Assembly (NCBI GenBank): GCA_963921275.4
Contig: OZ001293.3
Location: forward strand, 5,984,001 to 6,048,000
Origin: an uncultured Hormoscilla sp.
GTDB taxonomy: Bacteria; Cyanobacteriota; Cyanobacteriia; Cyanobacteriales; Desertifilaceae
Direction of reading: 5' to 3'
DNA: 64,000 bases
The notes below the pieces were generated by a model. The model ran no database searches. It was not told where the DNA came from and saw nothing but the letters and a program-made list of their open reading frames with translations. Below, in pieces: positions 47,876 through 61,524 of the stretch. A program made the translations under genes and the position numbers. Each line of letters opens with the position of its first letter. Position 1 is the first letter of the stretch.

Positions 47876-49040
47876 GATATAATGTTTCCGGGACGCGACT
47901 CACTTCTATGCCTGCTGAGTGCATCGCTGCTTCTACTTCTTCTATTGTACTGCGCAGAATATTTACCCGTATGTCAATGGTTGGCGGTTTGTTCAACCAT
48001 TGACATAGTTGTTCTGTTTCTGTTTCCCCTAGCTGTTCTAATCATAGTTCTATTATCCAGTCGAGGTAACTGTGCAAAACTCCCAAACGTTCTACTAGAT
48101 TTTCTGGTAATTTCCATTCCCTATTTTCTTGATGTCGGATATATTGCCGCAGCAAACTGTTGACAAACCCCGCCAGTCTTCCCAGACGATTTTCTTTCGC
48201 TAGTTCCACCGTCCGCTCGACTGCTGCTGCTGGGATCTGACTCAGATACCCCAGTTGATATAAACCTAGATGTAATATTATCCGCAGGTCCGGGTGTTGC
48301 TTGCTGGCTGGCTTTTTGGCCAGCAGATCGATTATATTGTCCAGCGATCGCCTTCTCCGCACTATCCCATACACTAACTCCGTTACCAATGAGCGATCGC
48401 CCCCTGCCAGTTTGGCTTTATGCAGCCAGCGATCGAGGGCCACATCTGCATAGGCCGATTCGGCGATAAATTTCCTGGAGGGCGAGAAATGCTATTTGGC
48501 GGGGGTTGGGTTTCATTGACTATGAAGCTAATGGTTAATTTTCCGATATTTATTATTCTATCATGTTCGCACTACAACTGTCAAGCATACCCGAGGATTC
48601 TTTTGTATATTCGTAGGTTGGGTAGAGGCACGAAACCCAACCGATGCATCTGATTTTTGGCAAGCGGATATGACGGTAGTTCGTAGGTTGGGTAGAGGCA
48701 CGAACCCAACCCGTGCATCTCATGACGAGCGGATATGATGATGACGAAAATGACGGTGATAGAATGGGAGTCTGGAGAATGCTGTCAAACGGCGATCGGG
48801 ACATCAAAATCTTCCGTTTTAATCATCAGAAGGGATATATCACCATTTTTTTAACTATATGATATACTTGAGGGCAGCACTTTTTCCAAAGAAACGGGAG
48901 CCTCAGAAGAACGTTTCCAGGTAGAACCTGGGAACGAGAATGTGGCAGTTTTTCTCTATCAAAACTTGACGAAATTGTATGTATTATAATGGCAGGAGAA
49001 GATCGGGCAATATGAGATAGGGTACTTTGGAGGTAGATGG

Positions 49041-49283
49041 ATGAAACAGAAGTTTGCAGAAATGTCCAGAAAAGAACTAACAGCTTATATGCTGGAACAT
49101 CGGGAGGATATGGAAGCAATAGAAGCTTTGGTTAGTCGCCGAAGTCCAGATTCGGAAGCAACATGGTATCCGGCACCCTGTACTCCAGAAGGTGTGCCCA
49201 TTGCCGAAAATATCCGCATCATGGAAGAAGCGTTCCGTCAACGAATTGAGGAAATCGATAAAAAGAAGCGATCGCAGTCTTAA
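49041..49283 (+). CDS. DUF6887-like small protein (copy 1)
   Basis: MSRKELTAYMLEHRED.EA motif; GGAGG RBS. Confidence 0.75.
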   Translation: MKQKFAEMSRKELTAYMLEHREDMEAIEALVSRRSPDSEATWYPAPCTPEGVPIAENIRIMEEAFRQRIEEIDKKKRSQS

Positions 49284-49539
49284 TTTCAACAGGATTATTC
49301 ACATCGCTTTTGACAAAATAAAAAAAATTGCGGTATAGTGGAACATAGGCGGCGGCCTAGAGCATATATAAATGACCGGAATGGGTATCCTGCCGAGATC
49401 CGATCAATGCTTAAATCAAGAAACCAGGTTTTGGGGAAAAACCTGGTTTCTGGGCTACTTGCGGTGAGCGTAGTCGAACCGCTGGCGAATATGGCCGCAG
49501 CAAAAGTGATATGCTCCCAATTAGGCAATGCGGCGAACC

Positions 49540-49776
49540 GCTATCATGGTATTGTAGAATATGTCATCATTGAGGATAGAACCATTAGACCAACGAACGA
49601 CCAAGCGCAATCCTGTCTGCGAGTTTGTCAAATACTGTCCAACGGCTTATCGGGACATCAAACTATTCCGTTTTAGTGAAATAACGGGAAATGTGTACAT
49701 TTTAGCAGGTGATGAACTGCAAATTGTTGTACCCCCTAATGGAATTTGGAGGTTTATCGATGAAACAGAAATTTGA
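49540..49776 (+). pseudogene. DUF6888-like partner gene, frameshifted
   Basis: PTNDQAQSCLRVCQILSN / YRDIKLFRF..VYILAG in two frames; overlaps the next start codon. Confidence 0.55.
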
Positions 49777-50002
49777 AGAAATGTCCAGAAAAGAACTTAT
49801 AGCCTACGTGCTGGAACATCGAGAGGATATAGATGCTGTGGAAAATTTGTTTAGTCGCCGAATTCCCGACTCGGAAGCAACATGGTATCCAGCACCATGT
49901 ACACCAGAAGGTGTGCCCATTCCCGAAAATATTCGCATCATGGAAGAAGCGTTCCGTCAAAAAATTGAGGAAATTGATAGAAAAAAGAAATCGCAGGCTT
50001 AA
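49760..50002 (+). CDS. DUF6887-like small protein (copy 2)
   Basis: Close paralog of 49041-49283. Confidence 0.75.
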   Translation: MKQKFEEMSRKELIAYVLEHREDIDAVENLFSRRIPDSEATWYPAPCTPEGVPIPENIRIMEEAFRQKIEEIDRKKKSQA

Positions 50003-50178
50003 CTCGGACATGATTCTTTACATAGCTCTTGACGAAATCAAACAAGTTGCAGTATAGTGGAACATGGGCTGCCTCCTGGGGGCATAAATGGCCCGAATGG
50101 GAAGCATGCCTAGTTCAAAACGCCCAGCAAGTGATATCATAGTTAGGGTCTTGATTCATTCTGTGAAGGATTGAGGAT

Positions 50179-50637
50179 ATGAAATACCAGTTATTCACGC
50201 AAATGCTGACAGGGTTGGCGATCGCCTTAACCCTAGGGACCGCCGCCACAGAACCCAGTGCGGCCCAAAGTAAGAAGTTTTTCTGCGGTAGGAGTGATGG
50301 GGCACCGGCAACAGTGGTGCGGAAAAGCGGGGGAAATGTGCCCATCATTATCTGGGTTGACCGTAGTTTCGAGGCTTCGGGATGGACTCCTCAGCGCCGC
50401 TGTCAGGTAGTCTCTGACAGGTTTCAAGAGTTCGACGATCTGGGTCTGCTGAGATATATCAGAACAGGCACGGTAAATCGCTATCCTGTATTGTGCGTTG
50501 CTAATTACCAAAAGAGGGCTTGCCCGAGCACGCAGGTGCTAATTACACTCGATCGTGGTAGTGATGCGGAGTTCTATTTGCGAGCGCTGCTGAAAACTCG
50601 CAATCACGGTGTGAGGCAACCAGTTTACGAAGAGTGA
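50179..50637 (+). CDS. COP23-domain secreted protein (C-terminus possibly truncated)
   Basis: Signal peptide; FFCG..PATV..WTPQRRCQVVSDRFQ..GTVNRYPVLC. Confidence 0.8.
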   Translation: MKYQLFTQMLTGLAIALTLGTAATEPSAAQSKKFFCGRSDGAPATVVRKSGGNVPIIIWVDRSFEASGWTPQRRCQVVSDRFQEFDDLGLLRYIRTGTVNRYPVLCVANYQKRACPSTQVLITLDRGSDAEFYLRALLKTRNHGVRQPVYEE

Positions 50638-50924
50638 AAAGCATGTCTTCTCTCATGATGATAATGGTGAACTATACGTGGATGTGGAAAAGTGGCTAAA
50701 TGCGCTTCCAGTTGAAGAGGGAAACTATCAACCAGTTGAGGAGGAAAACTCACAAGAATCAGATCGGGTGTGGCGATCGGGTGTATTGAGATGCACGATA
50801 TCCGTGGTCGGATTGTTGTTTGTTATCTAACGGACGCAACAGGTGCATCTGGTCTTCCCCTCAGGCGCAACCTATAGCTGAGGAATATTGCTAAGATATT
50901 TATGGTGAGTTTTAAGGGAGTTAT

Positions 50925-51656
50925 ATGACTGTAACATTACTCAAGACTCCGATCGTTTACCCATACACCGACGGTAAGCCAATGGCCGAGAGTGACTTCG
51001 CACGGGACTACCTTTTCTATGGCGTCGATGTTTTGCAGTACCACTTCCGCAACCAAAAAAATATCTATGTTTCGGGAAATCTGTTCATCTACTATTTACA
51101 AAATGTTCCCGATGCAGTTGTCGCCCCAGATGTTTTCTTAGTCAAGGGAGTTAGCAATAAAAAACGTCTCAGCTACAAAGTTTGGGAAGAAGGTGGTTTG
51201 ACCCCAGATTGGGTTTTAGAGGTGACCTCTGCTAGTACCCGCAATACTGATGAGGAGGAAAAACCCCGAAAATATGCTCAGATGGGAGTGGCTGAGTATT
51301 TTCAATACGATCCCACAGGGGATTACCTGCGACCCCATCAACTTAAAGGCGCTAGTTTGGTTTCGGGCAGATATTCTCCCAAAAAACTAGAAGTCCTAGC
51401 TGATGGGGTATTATCGATTCACTCGGAGGTTTTAGGACTTGATTTGCGCGTCATCTCGGGAGAGTTGCGGTTCTACAACCCTGTCACGGGAAAAATGCTG
51501 CCCTCTTACTCGGAAACACGAGTGCTTGCTGAACAAGCGGAACGGCAACTCCAAGATGCTATTCCTCGATTGCTGGAGATGGGACTGACGACTGCACAAG
51601 TGGCCTCGGCTTTAGGATTGCCTATTGATGCTGTGCCCGATCGCGAAAAGAGTTAG
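50925..51656 (+). CDS. Uma2 family (DUF820) putative endonuclease
   Basis: DGKPMAES, VAPDVF, PDWVLEVTS, EYFQYDP. Confidence 0.9.
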   Translation: MTVTLLKTPIVYPYTDGKPMAESDFARDYLFYGVDVLQYHFRNQKNIYVSGNLFIYYLQNVPDAVVAPDVFLVKGVSNKKRLSYKVWEEGGLTPDWVLEVTSASTRNTDEEEKPRKYAQMGVAEYFQYDPTGDYLRPHQLKGASLVSGRYSPKKLEVLADGVLSIHSEVLGLDLRVISGELRFYNPVTGKMLPSYSETRVLAEQAERQLQDAIPRLLEMGLTTAQVASALGLPIDAVPDREKS

Positions 51657-52034
51657 AACTTGCCTGTGGCGGGCAAGTATAATACTTTTTCCTGCGATCG
51701 GACCATCCCATAAGGGAAATCTACGAGGCAAACAATCTCTAGGTTGGGTTTCATGTCTCAACCCAACCTAGGAATTTGATATGACACACTAGACCAATAT
51801 GTCCGGAGCGAGGGGGGAGCATAATTGAGAGATCTTTGTTAAGTAAGAATAAGACCCCCGAAGCAATCTCCCCGACGACCCCTGAGATTGCTTCGGGGGG
51901 GTCCTGGTGGCGAGCGCTAAATTATCGGTTTGGGTTTCCCCCCTCGCAATGACAAGTTATTAACCGAGAAGTATTGAGGGAGCCCCCCCTCGTTCCGGAC
52001 AGGTTATTCTCCATATTGATTTACATTGAGAACC

Positions 52035-52400
52035 ATGAAACTATTCTCTAAAATATCGGCAGCGGTCCTTGGTGTGGCAGCTACTATCGCCCTGGTCCAG
52101 TCTCAAATCGCTGTGGGGTTATCTGACAGGGAAGTGGGCGAAGTTGCTCAAGAGATTACAGTGCGGATCGATGGACCAGATAATGGCTCGGGGGCGATCG
52201 TGGGCAAGGAAGGCAATACTTATACTGTAGTTACCAACTGTCATGTGATCGAAAAACCGGGAACCTATACTATCGTGACTCACGGGGGCAGTCGCTATAC
52301 CATTAACTCCAATCAAGGCATATGTCAGCCTGGAGTAGACTTAGCAATGTTGCGATTTACTAGCACCCGACGTTACCGCGTGGCAAATATAGTTCCAGCT
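52035..52400 (+). pseudogene. Trypsin-like serine protease, N-terminal fragment
   Basis: ITVRIDG..GSGAIV..VTNCHV..DLAML; the catalytic Ser region is missing. Confidence 0.75.
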
Positions 52401-52964
52401 GTGGCCACCTTAGGGAGGCAGGAGCCTCGAAGGTCGTTCCCAGGCTTCGCCTGGGAACGAGGGTCAACTCAGAAGGGGTGCGGTCACAAGTAGTTGATAG
52501 CCGGGTGCATCGGTGATGCATGTAGAACCTGGAAACGAGAGGGTAAAATTTAAGCATTATCCTGTTAGTCAGTTAAAACTCATATCTTGCACCATTCTCA
52601 ACTAGAGGCGGAGCCTCGATAACTCGTTCCCTGGCGGGAGCCAGGGAACGAGGGTAAAACGAAGGTAAAATACCTTTTCCATAAGGCTTTCAGTGGGTTA
52701 AAACCCACTTCAGCTCTTAGCCGTGGGTTTTAACCCTCGGTGTATCGTGGGTAGTGCGAGTACGATGTCCCCGGGGTAGTGCGAATAGCGCGGGGACATC
52801 GAGCGACCACGATACACCGAAGGCGGGCCATGAGGCTAATCGAGAATGGTGCAAGATCTCAGTTAAAACCGACTCCTACCGAGTTATCTGGCTCCCGCCT
52901 GGTAAAGCAGGGGTTTGAACCTCCGGTGGGCCGACAGCGAAGTGAAATAATCCCCCCGATGGCC

Positions 52965-54835
52965 ATGTCTATAACACCCCTTCCCACACCGTCAAATTTA
53001 GAAGAACTGCCTCGGCATCCCATGCCGACAATGTACGATTTACCCAGCGAAAATCCAGAGGATCCCGGTTTGCCAGACGACTTTCATTCCTTACAAGCAA
53101 TACTGCTGCTGTTAACCTTTCAACCCTTCAATTGGGATCCAGAAATGGTCTAGTCGGGGTCGAGCCTATTGTCACCCCCCAACCCTCCCATTCGGAACCG
53201 GACTCTCTTTACCGCATCCGGCTACTGGGAAGCAGGGCATTGTCATTGCTAGGATTACTAAGGATTACTCCCATTGTCCCTCATCTCACGAGATTTCTCT
53301 CCTTTCCTGGTTGGTAAGTGGCGCTGCCAGATAACCTTAAGTATTACCATTTTTCTTTTCTCTGTTTTACCAGTCATCCCACCTTCTAGAGGTTTCGGGG
53401 CTTCTTAGAGATACTTTTTCCCAAGATTTCCTACTTTCACCAACCCGCGTCTGCATGTTGAGGCAGTCCTCAACTTATCCATAGGAATTACCCTAGGCAT
53501 TAGCTTCTCGGGCTATCTCTCCCCTCGTGGCTTGCGCTATGCGCTGCGCGCACGCTACGCGGACGTACATCTAACTGGTTCGGCCCCGTTGAGCCGAACT
53601 GCACACAAGAGGTTACTTCGTTCCCTGGTATCATTTCTCGATGCTTTTAGGCCCCTGCTATACCCCGGGAGCTATTCGAGTGCGATGTTGGCCAGACAAT
53701 ACGACCAACACTAGCTACCATTTCCCTTTTGGGCCAGCGTATAAGCCTTATTCCGCTGGTTCCTATTAACGAGGCTTACACAGGTTCGCTTGTTCTAGCC
53801 ATGAGCATCTTTACTAGTGGCGTCACTGGCTTAGGCTGCCAGCTATCCTACATTTAAGTCCTAGCGGAGCACCACGGCGATGTGACTCCGCAGCACTAAG
53901 GACCGGTAGTACCCTCGACCCCCCACACCTGGGGAGAGGGAATTTAACCCCCATGATAACCAGAGTTATCCGGCAAATGAAACCAGACCAGACTTCACCG
54001 TCGCCAGTTTACGCCTGAACGAATCGCACACAGTCAAATAGATCACAATATCTATTACGAGCTCAATCATCCTTTATGGTATAAACGTCCAGACTGGTTC
54101 GGAGTTGTGGGGGTGCCGCGACTGTATCAAGGGCGAGACATGCGTTTGAGCTATGTCATGTGGCAAAAAGAAGTTAGCCCATTAATAGTGGTAGAGTTAC
54201 TATCTCCAGGTACAGAAGATGAGGACTTAGGTCGCAGGAGGAGCGCACCAGGAAAACCACCCACAAAATGGCAAGTGTACGAACAAATTCTGCAGGTGCC
54301 TTACTATGTTATCTTTAGTCGTTATACCGAAGAACTGCAGGTATTTCGGCTAGTGAGAAACCGTTACCAGATGGTAGCACTGACTCAGGAACCCTTGCAA
54401 ATACCAAAAATCAAGTTGAGTCTAGGTTTATGGCGAGGAAGCTATCTGGGTCGCAACCAACTATGGTTACGGTGGATGACTGAGAGCGGAGATTTGATTG
54501 CCCCTGCCACTGATGAAGCGACAGAAGCTTTGCTTTCCGAGGAAAAAGCTGATTTCCTACGAAGTTTAAGAGCTGCTGAACAAGAAAAAGCTGCTGCTGA
54601 ACAAGAAAAAGCGGAGGCCCAACAGCAGGCCGCTGCTGCTGAACGAGAAAAAGCTGCTGCTGAACGAGAAAAAGCGGAGGCCCAACAGCGGGCCGCTGCT
54701 GCTGAACAAGAAAAAGCGGAGGCCCAACAGCGGGCCGCTGCTGCTGAACGAGAAAAAGCGGAGGTCCAACAGCAACTCGAACAATTGAAAGCCCTACTGC
54801 AAGAAAGGGGTATTGACCCAGATCGGCAGACTTAG
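52965..54835 (+). pseudogene. Uma2 family gene interrupted by an antisense ORF-less intron; coiled-coil repeat tail
   Basis: ATGGTCT|ACAGTCAA rejoins in frame and matches the uninterrupted paralog near 55160; AAAEQEKAEAQQ repeats. Confidence 0.88.
53152..54029 (-). mobile_element. ORF-less group II intron, family B-related (878 nt), DV degenerate
   Basis: GTGCGATTCG at 54029; ends CTCGACCCCGACT; DV reads GCGGTAAAGAGAGTCCGG; short GC-rich insert near 53540. Confidence 0.88.
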
Positions 54836-54980
54836 AAAAAACCGGGGTAATGAGGCGTCTTGCTTCGTGCCTCGGAACCTGCCGTTGTCAGCTTCCGATA
54901 ATTGCATTATATCGACCCACGGATAAGGTAACATAAGGATTATAACCGAAGATTATCCTGATAATTAACCCCCCAATGCC

Positions 54981-55712
54981 ATGTCTAATATTCCCCTTCC
55001 AACACCGTCAAATTTAGAGGACCTGCCTCAGCATCCCATGCCGACAATGTATGATTTACCCAGCGAAGATCCAGAAGACCCAGGTTCCCCTGACAGCTTT
55101 CATCCCTTACAAGCAACACTGCTGCTGTTAACCTTTCAGCCGCCCAACTGGGATCCAGAAATGGTCTACAGTCAATTTCTTCTTTACATATATTACGATG
55201 TCAATCATCCTTTATGGTATAAACGTCCAGACTGGTTTGGAGTTGTAGGGGTGCCGCGACTGTATCAAGGGCGAGACATGCGTTTGAGCTATGTCATGTG
55301 GCAAGAAAAAATCAGCCCGTTAATAGTGGTGGAGTTATTATCCCCAGGAACGGAAGATGAGGACTTAGGTCTGACAACGATCGCACCAGGGAAACCTACT
55401 GTGTCACTTGACAAGCATGAGAAGATAGTATCTCATACTTGTCAAGTGACACAGCCCACAAAATGGCACGTGTACGAACAAATTATGCGGGTGCCTTACT
55501 ATGTTATCTATAATCGTTATACCGAGGAACTTCAGGTATTCCGGCTAGTGAAAAACCGCTACCAAATGACGGCACTGACTCAGGGACGCTTACTAATACC
55601 AGAAATTCAGTTAAGTCTAGGTTTGTGGCGAGGACGCTATCTGGTTACGACCAACTATGGTTGCGGTGGATGACTGTAGAAGGAATTTTGATTGCCCCTG
55701 CAACTTTGTAAT
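54981..55712 (+). pseudogene. Uma2 family paralog with palindromic insert and 3' frameshift
   Basis: Paralog of 52965-54835; 19-aa insert at 55399-55454; frame shifts before QLWLRW. Confidence 0.75.
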
Positions 55713-56800
55713 TAAGCCGGCGCCGGAAGGTTGCCACGCTGCGCTATGACATTCGCCAGACATTTTTCATAAGCTTGGGCAGCTGCTTGTAGTTTACCCT
55801 GCCCGACCAAGTAACGTCCTTTTCTGAGATTGGGAGAGATAAATTTTCCTTGCAGGGCGTCGATTAATTCATCGGCAGTTTGAAAGTGATCGTCCGCCTG
55901 CATGCTCATTCCCGTTAAGATAATTTGCTCTATTTGCGGATGAATTGATGGTACTATTTGTCGTGGTGGGATGAGAGCATCTGACCCTATTCTCGCTATA
56001 TCTGGTGCATCGGGAAGAACTTGACCCGTTAGGGCATGGTACATTGAGGCACAGACAGCATAAAAATCTGTACTCGGGCTGCGTCGCGCTTGATAGGTAT
56101 ATTGTTCTAGGGGCGCGTATCCAGGTGTTAACATCATCGTCATCTGATTAGTCATGCCCTCGATAAACTCTCTCGCTGTCCCAAAATCAATGAAAATGGC
56201 TTTGTCTTGCTCGTTAATGATGATGTTCTTTGGTTTAATTTCTCTGTGGATTAAGTTATTAGCATGCACTACCTTCAGTGCTGCTGTAACTTGCAGGAAA
56301 TATTGCTTGACGCGCTCTTCCGGCAATGGTCCTGCTGATTTTAATATCTCCGTTAGCGGCTTTCCTTGGATAAATGCCATCATATATGCCGTATTATTTT
56401 CAGCAAACCAATCATACACTCTCACGATATGGGGATGGATGCACTTTTGTAAACATTCTGCCTCGGTCTTGAATTTGTTGATTTGCTCCTGTTGCGCTTG
56501 GGGAGTGACTGAGACTGGCCAAATAATGCTATTATCTTGCCTGAGAAATTTATCTGGACAAAGTTCTTTGATGGCCACTTCAGCTGATTTGACTGTATCA
56601 GTGCCCTAGTAAGTTATCCCAAAGCCTCCCTCACCGATGGTTCTGGAAATCCTATATCTACCTCCCTGAAGTAAGGTGCCAGCAGGTAGTTGGTATCCAT
56701 TGCCATTAGACTGCACGGAGGTTAAGGGACAACCACAAGCAGCGCAGGTGATAGCTGTATCGGCATTTTCGGCCAAGCAGACTGGACAATTAATCGGCAT
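55712..56800 (-). pseudogene. Zn-ribbon Ser/Thr protein kinase with internal stop and truncation
   Basis: IGEGGFGITY then TAG at 56606; AIKE, HREIKPKN, DFG, GYAPLEQY. Confidence 0.85.
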
Positions 56801-56849
56801 TTTTATAACTTCTCCAGTTTCATTGCGTAGGACTTGTCTCGCCTATCCG

Positions 56850-58619
56850 TCAGCAGTAATTTTTGACATCACATTTTAAGGCGAGAATAGTAGCGTTATC
56901 GTGGGCTCCTCGTGCCAGAACTCGCTCAATAGTTACCTCCACATTAGATTGCAAAGACTGAGGGGTGGTAAAAATCTCGACTAACTCATCTGCTGGTACT
57001 AAGTCCCACACGCCGTCCGAACAAAGTAGCAATATATCGCCATGCTTGAGAGAAATTGAGAAATCTGAATCGAACAGGCTTAAATTTTGGATCCAGTCGG
57101 CATTCAATCTGCGTTTGGAACCCAGGTACTTGGTGAGTACGTTGCGATTGAGATTACCCTGACTCTCTTCGTAAGTAATCTGGCCACTCGCTAGCAGCAT
57201 GGCGGCCAGGGAATGGTCTTCGCTTAACTGACAGATGCGATCGTTTCTTAACAAGAAGATGCGGCTGTCTCCCACATGGGCGATCGCCAACTGCAGCCCG
57301 ATCGCCCATACTATACTCAAGGTAGTGCCCCCGTTTTCCACGCGCTCGGCTACCACTTCGTTGGCCTTCTGCACCAGAGATGCTAGCCATTCAGCACGTT
57401 CCTCTATACTGTTAAAATCGGTAGGAACTGCTGCTGACATGACTGTTTCGACAGCTAACTTACTAGCTACCTCTCCTTGTTCCATGCCTCCCATGCCATC
57501 TGCGACCACTGCTAAAATCTCAGTATAAGACCGATCGCTTGTCTGTTGGCATACTCCCCGTACCCCATAGCTATCTTGATTAGAGAGTCGATGTAGTCCC
57601 GTGGTTGAATGTCCGGTCACATGCCACTGCACTTGCGGGTTACTCAGTAATTGCCTGGTTTCCACCAACAGACTCAATAATTGAGACAGAGGAAATCGCT
57701 GTTCGATCGTAGGAGAAAGGCAATTACTGAGAATTTGGTAGATACGAGGGATAGGTTTAATTTCCGGTTGCACCCCATCCCAGTTGGGCAGCTGGCGGTG
57801 AATCGATTGATACAGCAGGGCACCTACTACATAAGAGCACATCTTCTCGTGCATAGCATAACCATAGCTAATTTCCGGAGGGCCGTAGTCTCCGATGATA
57901 CCATAATCCAGTTGGAACCCGACGGGATAAGCCCCCGTCAAATCAAAAAATTGCACGGGTGTCCCCATCTGAACCAATTGGGGATATATTTGCACCAAAC
58001 ACCATTCTTGCTGATAAACATATCGCAACAGTTGGCAGACCTGGCTAGCTACTAATAAAGACTGTTCTAAGGGATGTTCCTGGGTTAACCATGCGGCTAA
58101 TGTCTGTTCTGCTGCGGGCAGATAACTCAGTAATATAATCTTGACAGCAGAAGCTTCACCCACTATCTCTTTAGGCTCGAAAAATTCTTCCTCTAAATAA
58201 TCAGAAGCTTCTGATTCATCTTCTGATTCTTGGGCTAAAATTTCCTCAAAGCTACCATTTGACTCTGGCTGGGCTAGCTGAGAAGATATAGTTACTAGGT
58301 TTTGGGTGCTGCAAGCTAGGATCTCTGATATGATTTTGTAATCACCCAGAGTCTGCCGCAACTCCATTTCCCGGCTGAGACTGCCCCCGACCGATCCTAC
58401 ACGCAGGAGTCCTAGTTGAGCTGCATCTGGTTCGGCCTCCTCCGGGTGGATGTATACTTGGAAGTAATGCACGTCCGCAGACTGTCCCAGATATGATTCC
58501 ACCTTTACTCGCCAGGTATCTATCCCGAAGCATACCTGCTCTTGAATGATTAAAACCTGCTGGACCTGTAGAACAGTCTCGCCTGTTGTCTCGCCTGTTG
58601 ATGATGTAGTTAATGTCAT
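56850..58619 (-). CDS. PP2C-type Ser/Thr phosphatase with N-terminal kinase-like domain
   Basis: NQDS, VADGMGG, HVGDSR, LCSDGVWD, HDNAT. Confidence 0.88.
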   Translation of the reverse strand: MTLTTSSTGETTGETVLQVQQVLIIQEQVCFGIDTWRVKVESYLGQSADVHYFQVYIHPEEAEPDAAQLGLLRVGSVGGSLSREMELRQTLGDYKIISEILACSTQNLVTISSQLAQPESNGSFEEILAQESEDESEASDYLEEEFFEPKEIVGEASAVKIILLSYLPAAEQTLAAWLTQEHPLEQSLLVASQVCQLLRYVYQQEWCLVQIYPQLVQMGTPVQFFDLTGAYPVGFQLDYGIIGDYGPPEISYGYAMHEKMCSYVVGALLYQSIHRQLPNWDGVQPEIKPIPRIYQILSNCLSPTIEQRFPLSQLLSLLVETRQLLSNPQVQWHVTGHSTTGLHRLSNQDSYGVRGVCQQTSDRSYTEILAVVADGMGGMEQGEVASKLAVETVMSAAVPTDFNSIEERAEWLASLVQKANEVVAERVENGGTTLSIVWAIGLQLAIAHVGDSRIFLLRNDRICQLSEDHSLAAMLLASGQITYEESQGNLNRNVLTKYLGSKRRLNADWIQNLSLFDSDFSISLKHGDILLLCSDGVWDLVPADELVEIFTTPQSLQSNVEVTIERVLARGAHDNATILALKCDVKNYC

Positions 58620-58635
58620 GACTTCCTGTTATTTT

Positions 58636-59270
58636 TTACGGGATTTGAAACAATAAGTGCACTTTACCTATGGCAATTTCATCTCCGGGATTTAATGTTG
58701 ACGGCATGGTAATTCTCGGGTCAAAGCGAGTCTGAACAGCAGGTTTAATGAAAATTCCATTGATAGAACCAGTGTCTTTGATCTGCCATTGTCTTCCCTC
58801 TAGGTAAATTTCTCCGTGGTTGCGGGAAACGGTTTCATCTCCATGAAATCCCTCTAAGTCTACCTCCACTGGACCGGTATCTGGATCGAACAGTCCGATA
58901 ATTGCACTGCTGCTATCTAATATAATCTCTGGGACGGGAGAACCCGCTTGTTTGGGAATTAGTCTGGCAGTTGTCCCTGAAGAAATGACAGTCGGGGGAA
59001 CATTATACGATACATTTGTCTGTGCTGGATAGGTGGGTGCTGGACTTAACTGCACAGTTGTCGGTGCTGGATAGACGGGTGGTGGACTTGGCGGATATAT
59101 TTATCGTATTCCCTGCATCGGGTTCTGGTTCGTCAGGGGGAGGATTGTCCGGATATATTATGTTTGCTTGTGAGTTTACTTGTGATAATTCATGGCCACA
59201 AGCTTCGCAAAATTGGGCTCCCTCTGGTTGCGATCGTAGTTACATGCTGGACAGGTAATACTCATGTCAA
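58636..59270 (-). pseudogene. Zn-ribbon + FHA domain protein, 5' part frameshifted
   Basis: FCEACG segment and FHA TVSRNHGEI..DTGSINGIF. Confidence 0.7.
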
Positions 59271-59395
59271 TTCATCCTTAGCGACATCTGTTTGTTGTTG
59301 CGCTTTAGCGCCAACCGTTTGTTGTCATAATACTGTAGGTTTGGTTAAGCGGCCGTGTCAAGTAACACGACTGTTGGGTTTCGTTTCTCAACTGA

Positions 59396-59496
59396 CAGGC
59401 GATCCGCCCGGACTACGTTTTTCTCGGACAGGCGATCCGCCCGGACTGCATTTTTCTCAGACAGGCGATCCGCCCGGACTGCGTTTTTCCCGGACA
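59396..59496. repeat. 33-bp tandem repeat, 3 units
   Basis: ACAGGCGATCCGCCCGGACT repeated at ~33-nt period. Confidence 0.85.
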
Positions 59497-59508
59497 GAGA
59501 GACAAGTC

Positions 59509-60289
59509 CTACGTTCCTGATGCTTTACGAATTTCCTCTTCCTCCAGTTCATTATTAATATCACTTTCCATTTTAACTGTTTTGCCTTTAGATCCCATTT
59601 TTATCGTTTTGCGCATCTCGGCGGAAATTTTTCGCGTGCGCCGCAACTCGTCTTTTGCTACTGTCAGTGAGGAGGCGATCCCCTCATTGCCTATTTGTTT
59701 AGTTATGCGTTGGGCTGTTTCGAGCAGTTCTGCGGCCCGCTGGGGATTTTGTTCTGCCATGCGGGTAGCATTATTAATCATCTGCACGATATTGCACTGC
59801 TGCATGTAGCCCATCACTTCCCGATCGACTTTGCTAGTCAAGTTTTCTCCTGGCATAAATTGTACCATAAGATTTGACGGTGGCAGTTCGCCCCGTTGAT
59901 TTTCGCCGGGGATATCATAGGTCAAGCCTAACTGAGCTATGCGCCGAGGCGGCACGAGGCGCTATGGTAAACTCCAGGATGAATACTGTATCATCATTAG
60001 CGGCGGCGTTACCGATTGGGAATGGTTCTGTTTCTAATGAAAATTCTGCCTGTTTGGGATAGGCCCGCATCACCCGAGTCAGTCTCACCCCTTTGACGGT
60101 TTTTACTGTTAAGGAGAGGTTGGCGATCGCTTCTTGTTGAGCTTGCAATAATTCTGCTAGAATCTGGTCGGGCAGGATTGCAATAGCAGCACCGCATGCT
60201 TTTCCCGTAACCACATGTAAGGGGCGTCCCCCCGTAGCGTCGCTGAGATCGTTCAGCAGGTCTTCGTTAAAGTCTCCCACTCCTAGCAT
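59509..60289 (-). pseudogene. VWA-domain protein, C-terminal remnant, frameshifted
   Basis: LGVGDFNEDLLNDLSDATGG resembles the end of a VWA domain; the MIDAS-bearing N-terminus is absent. Confidence 0.65.
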
Positions 60290-60291
60290 CC

Positions 60292-61510
<1,219 letters not shown>

Positions 61511-61524
61511 AGATTTACCTCTTG

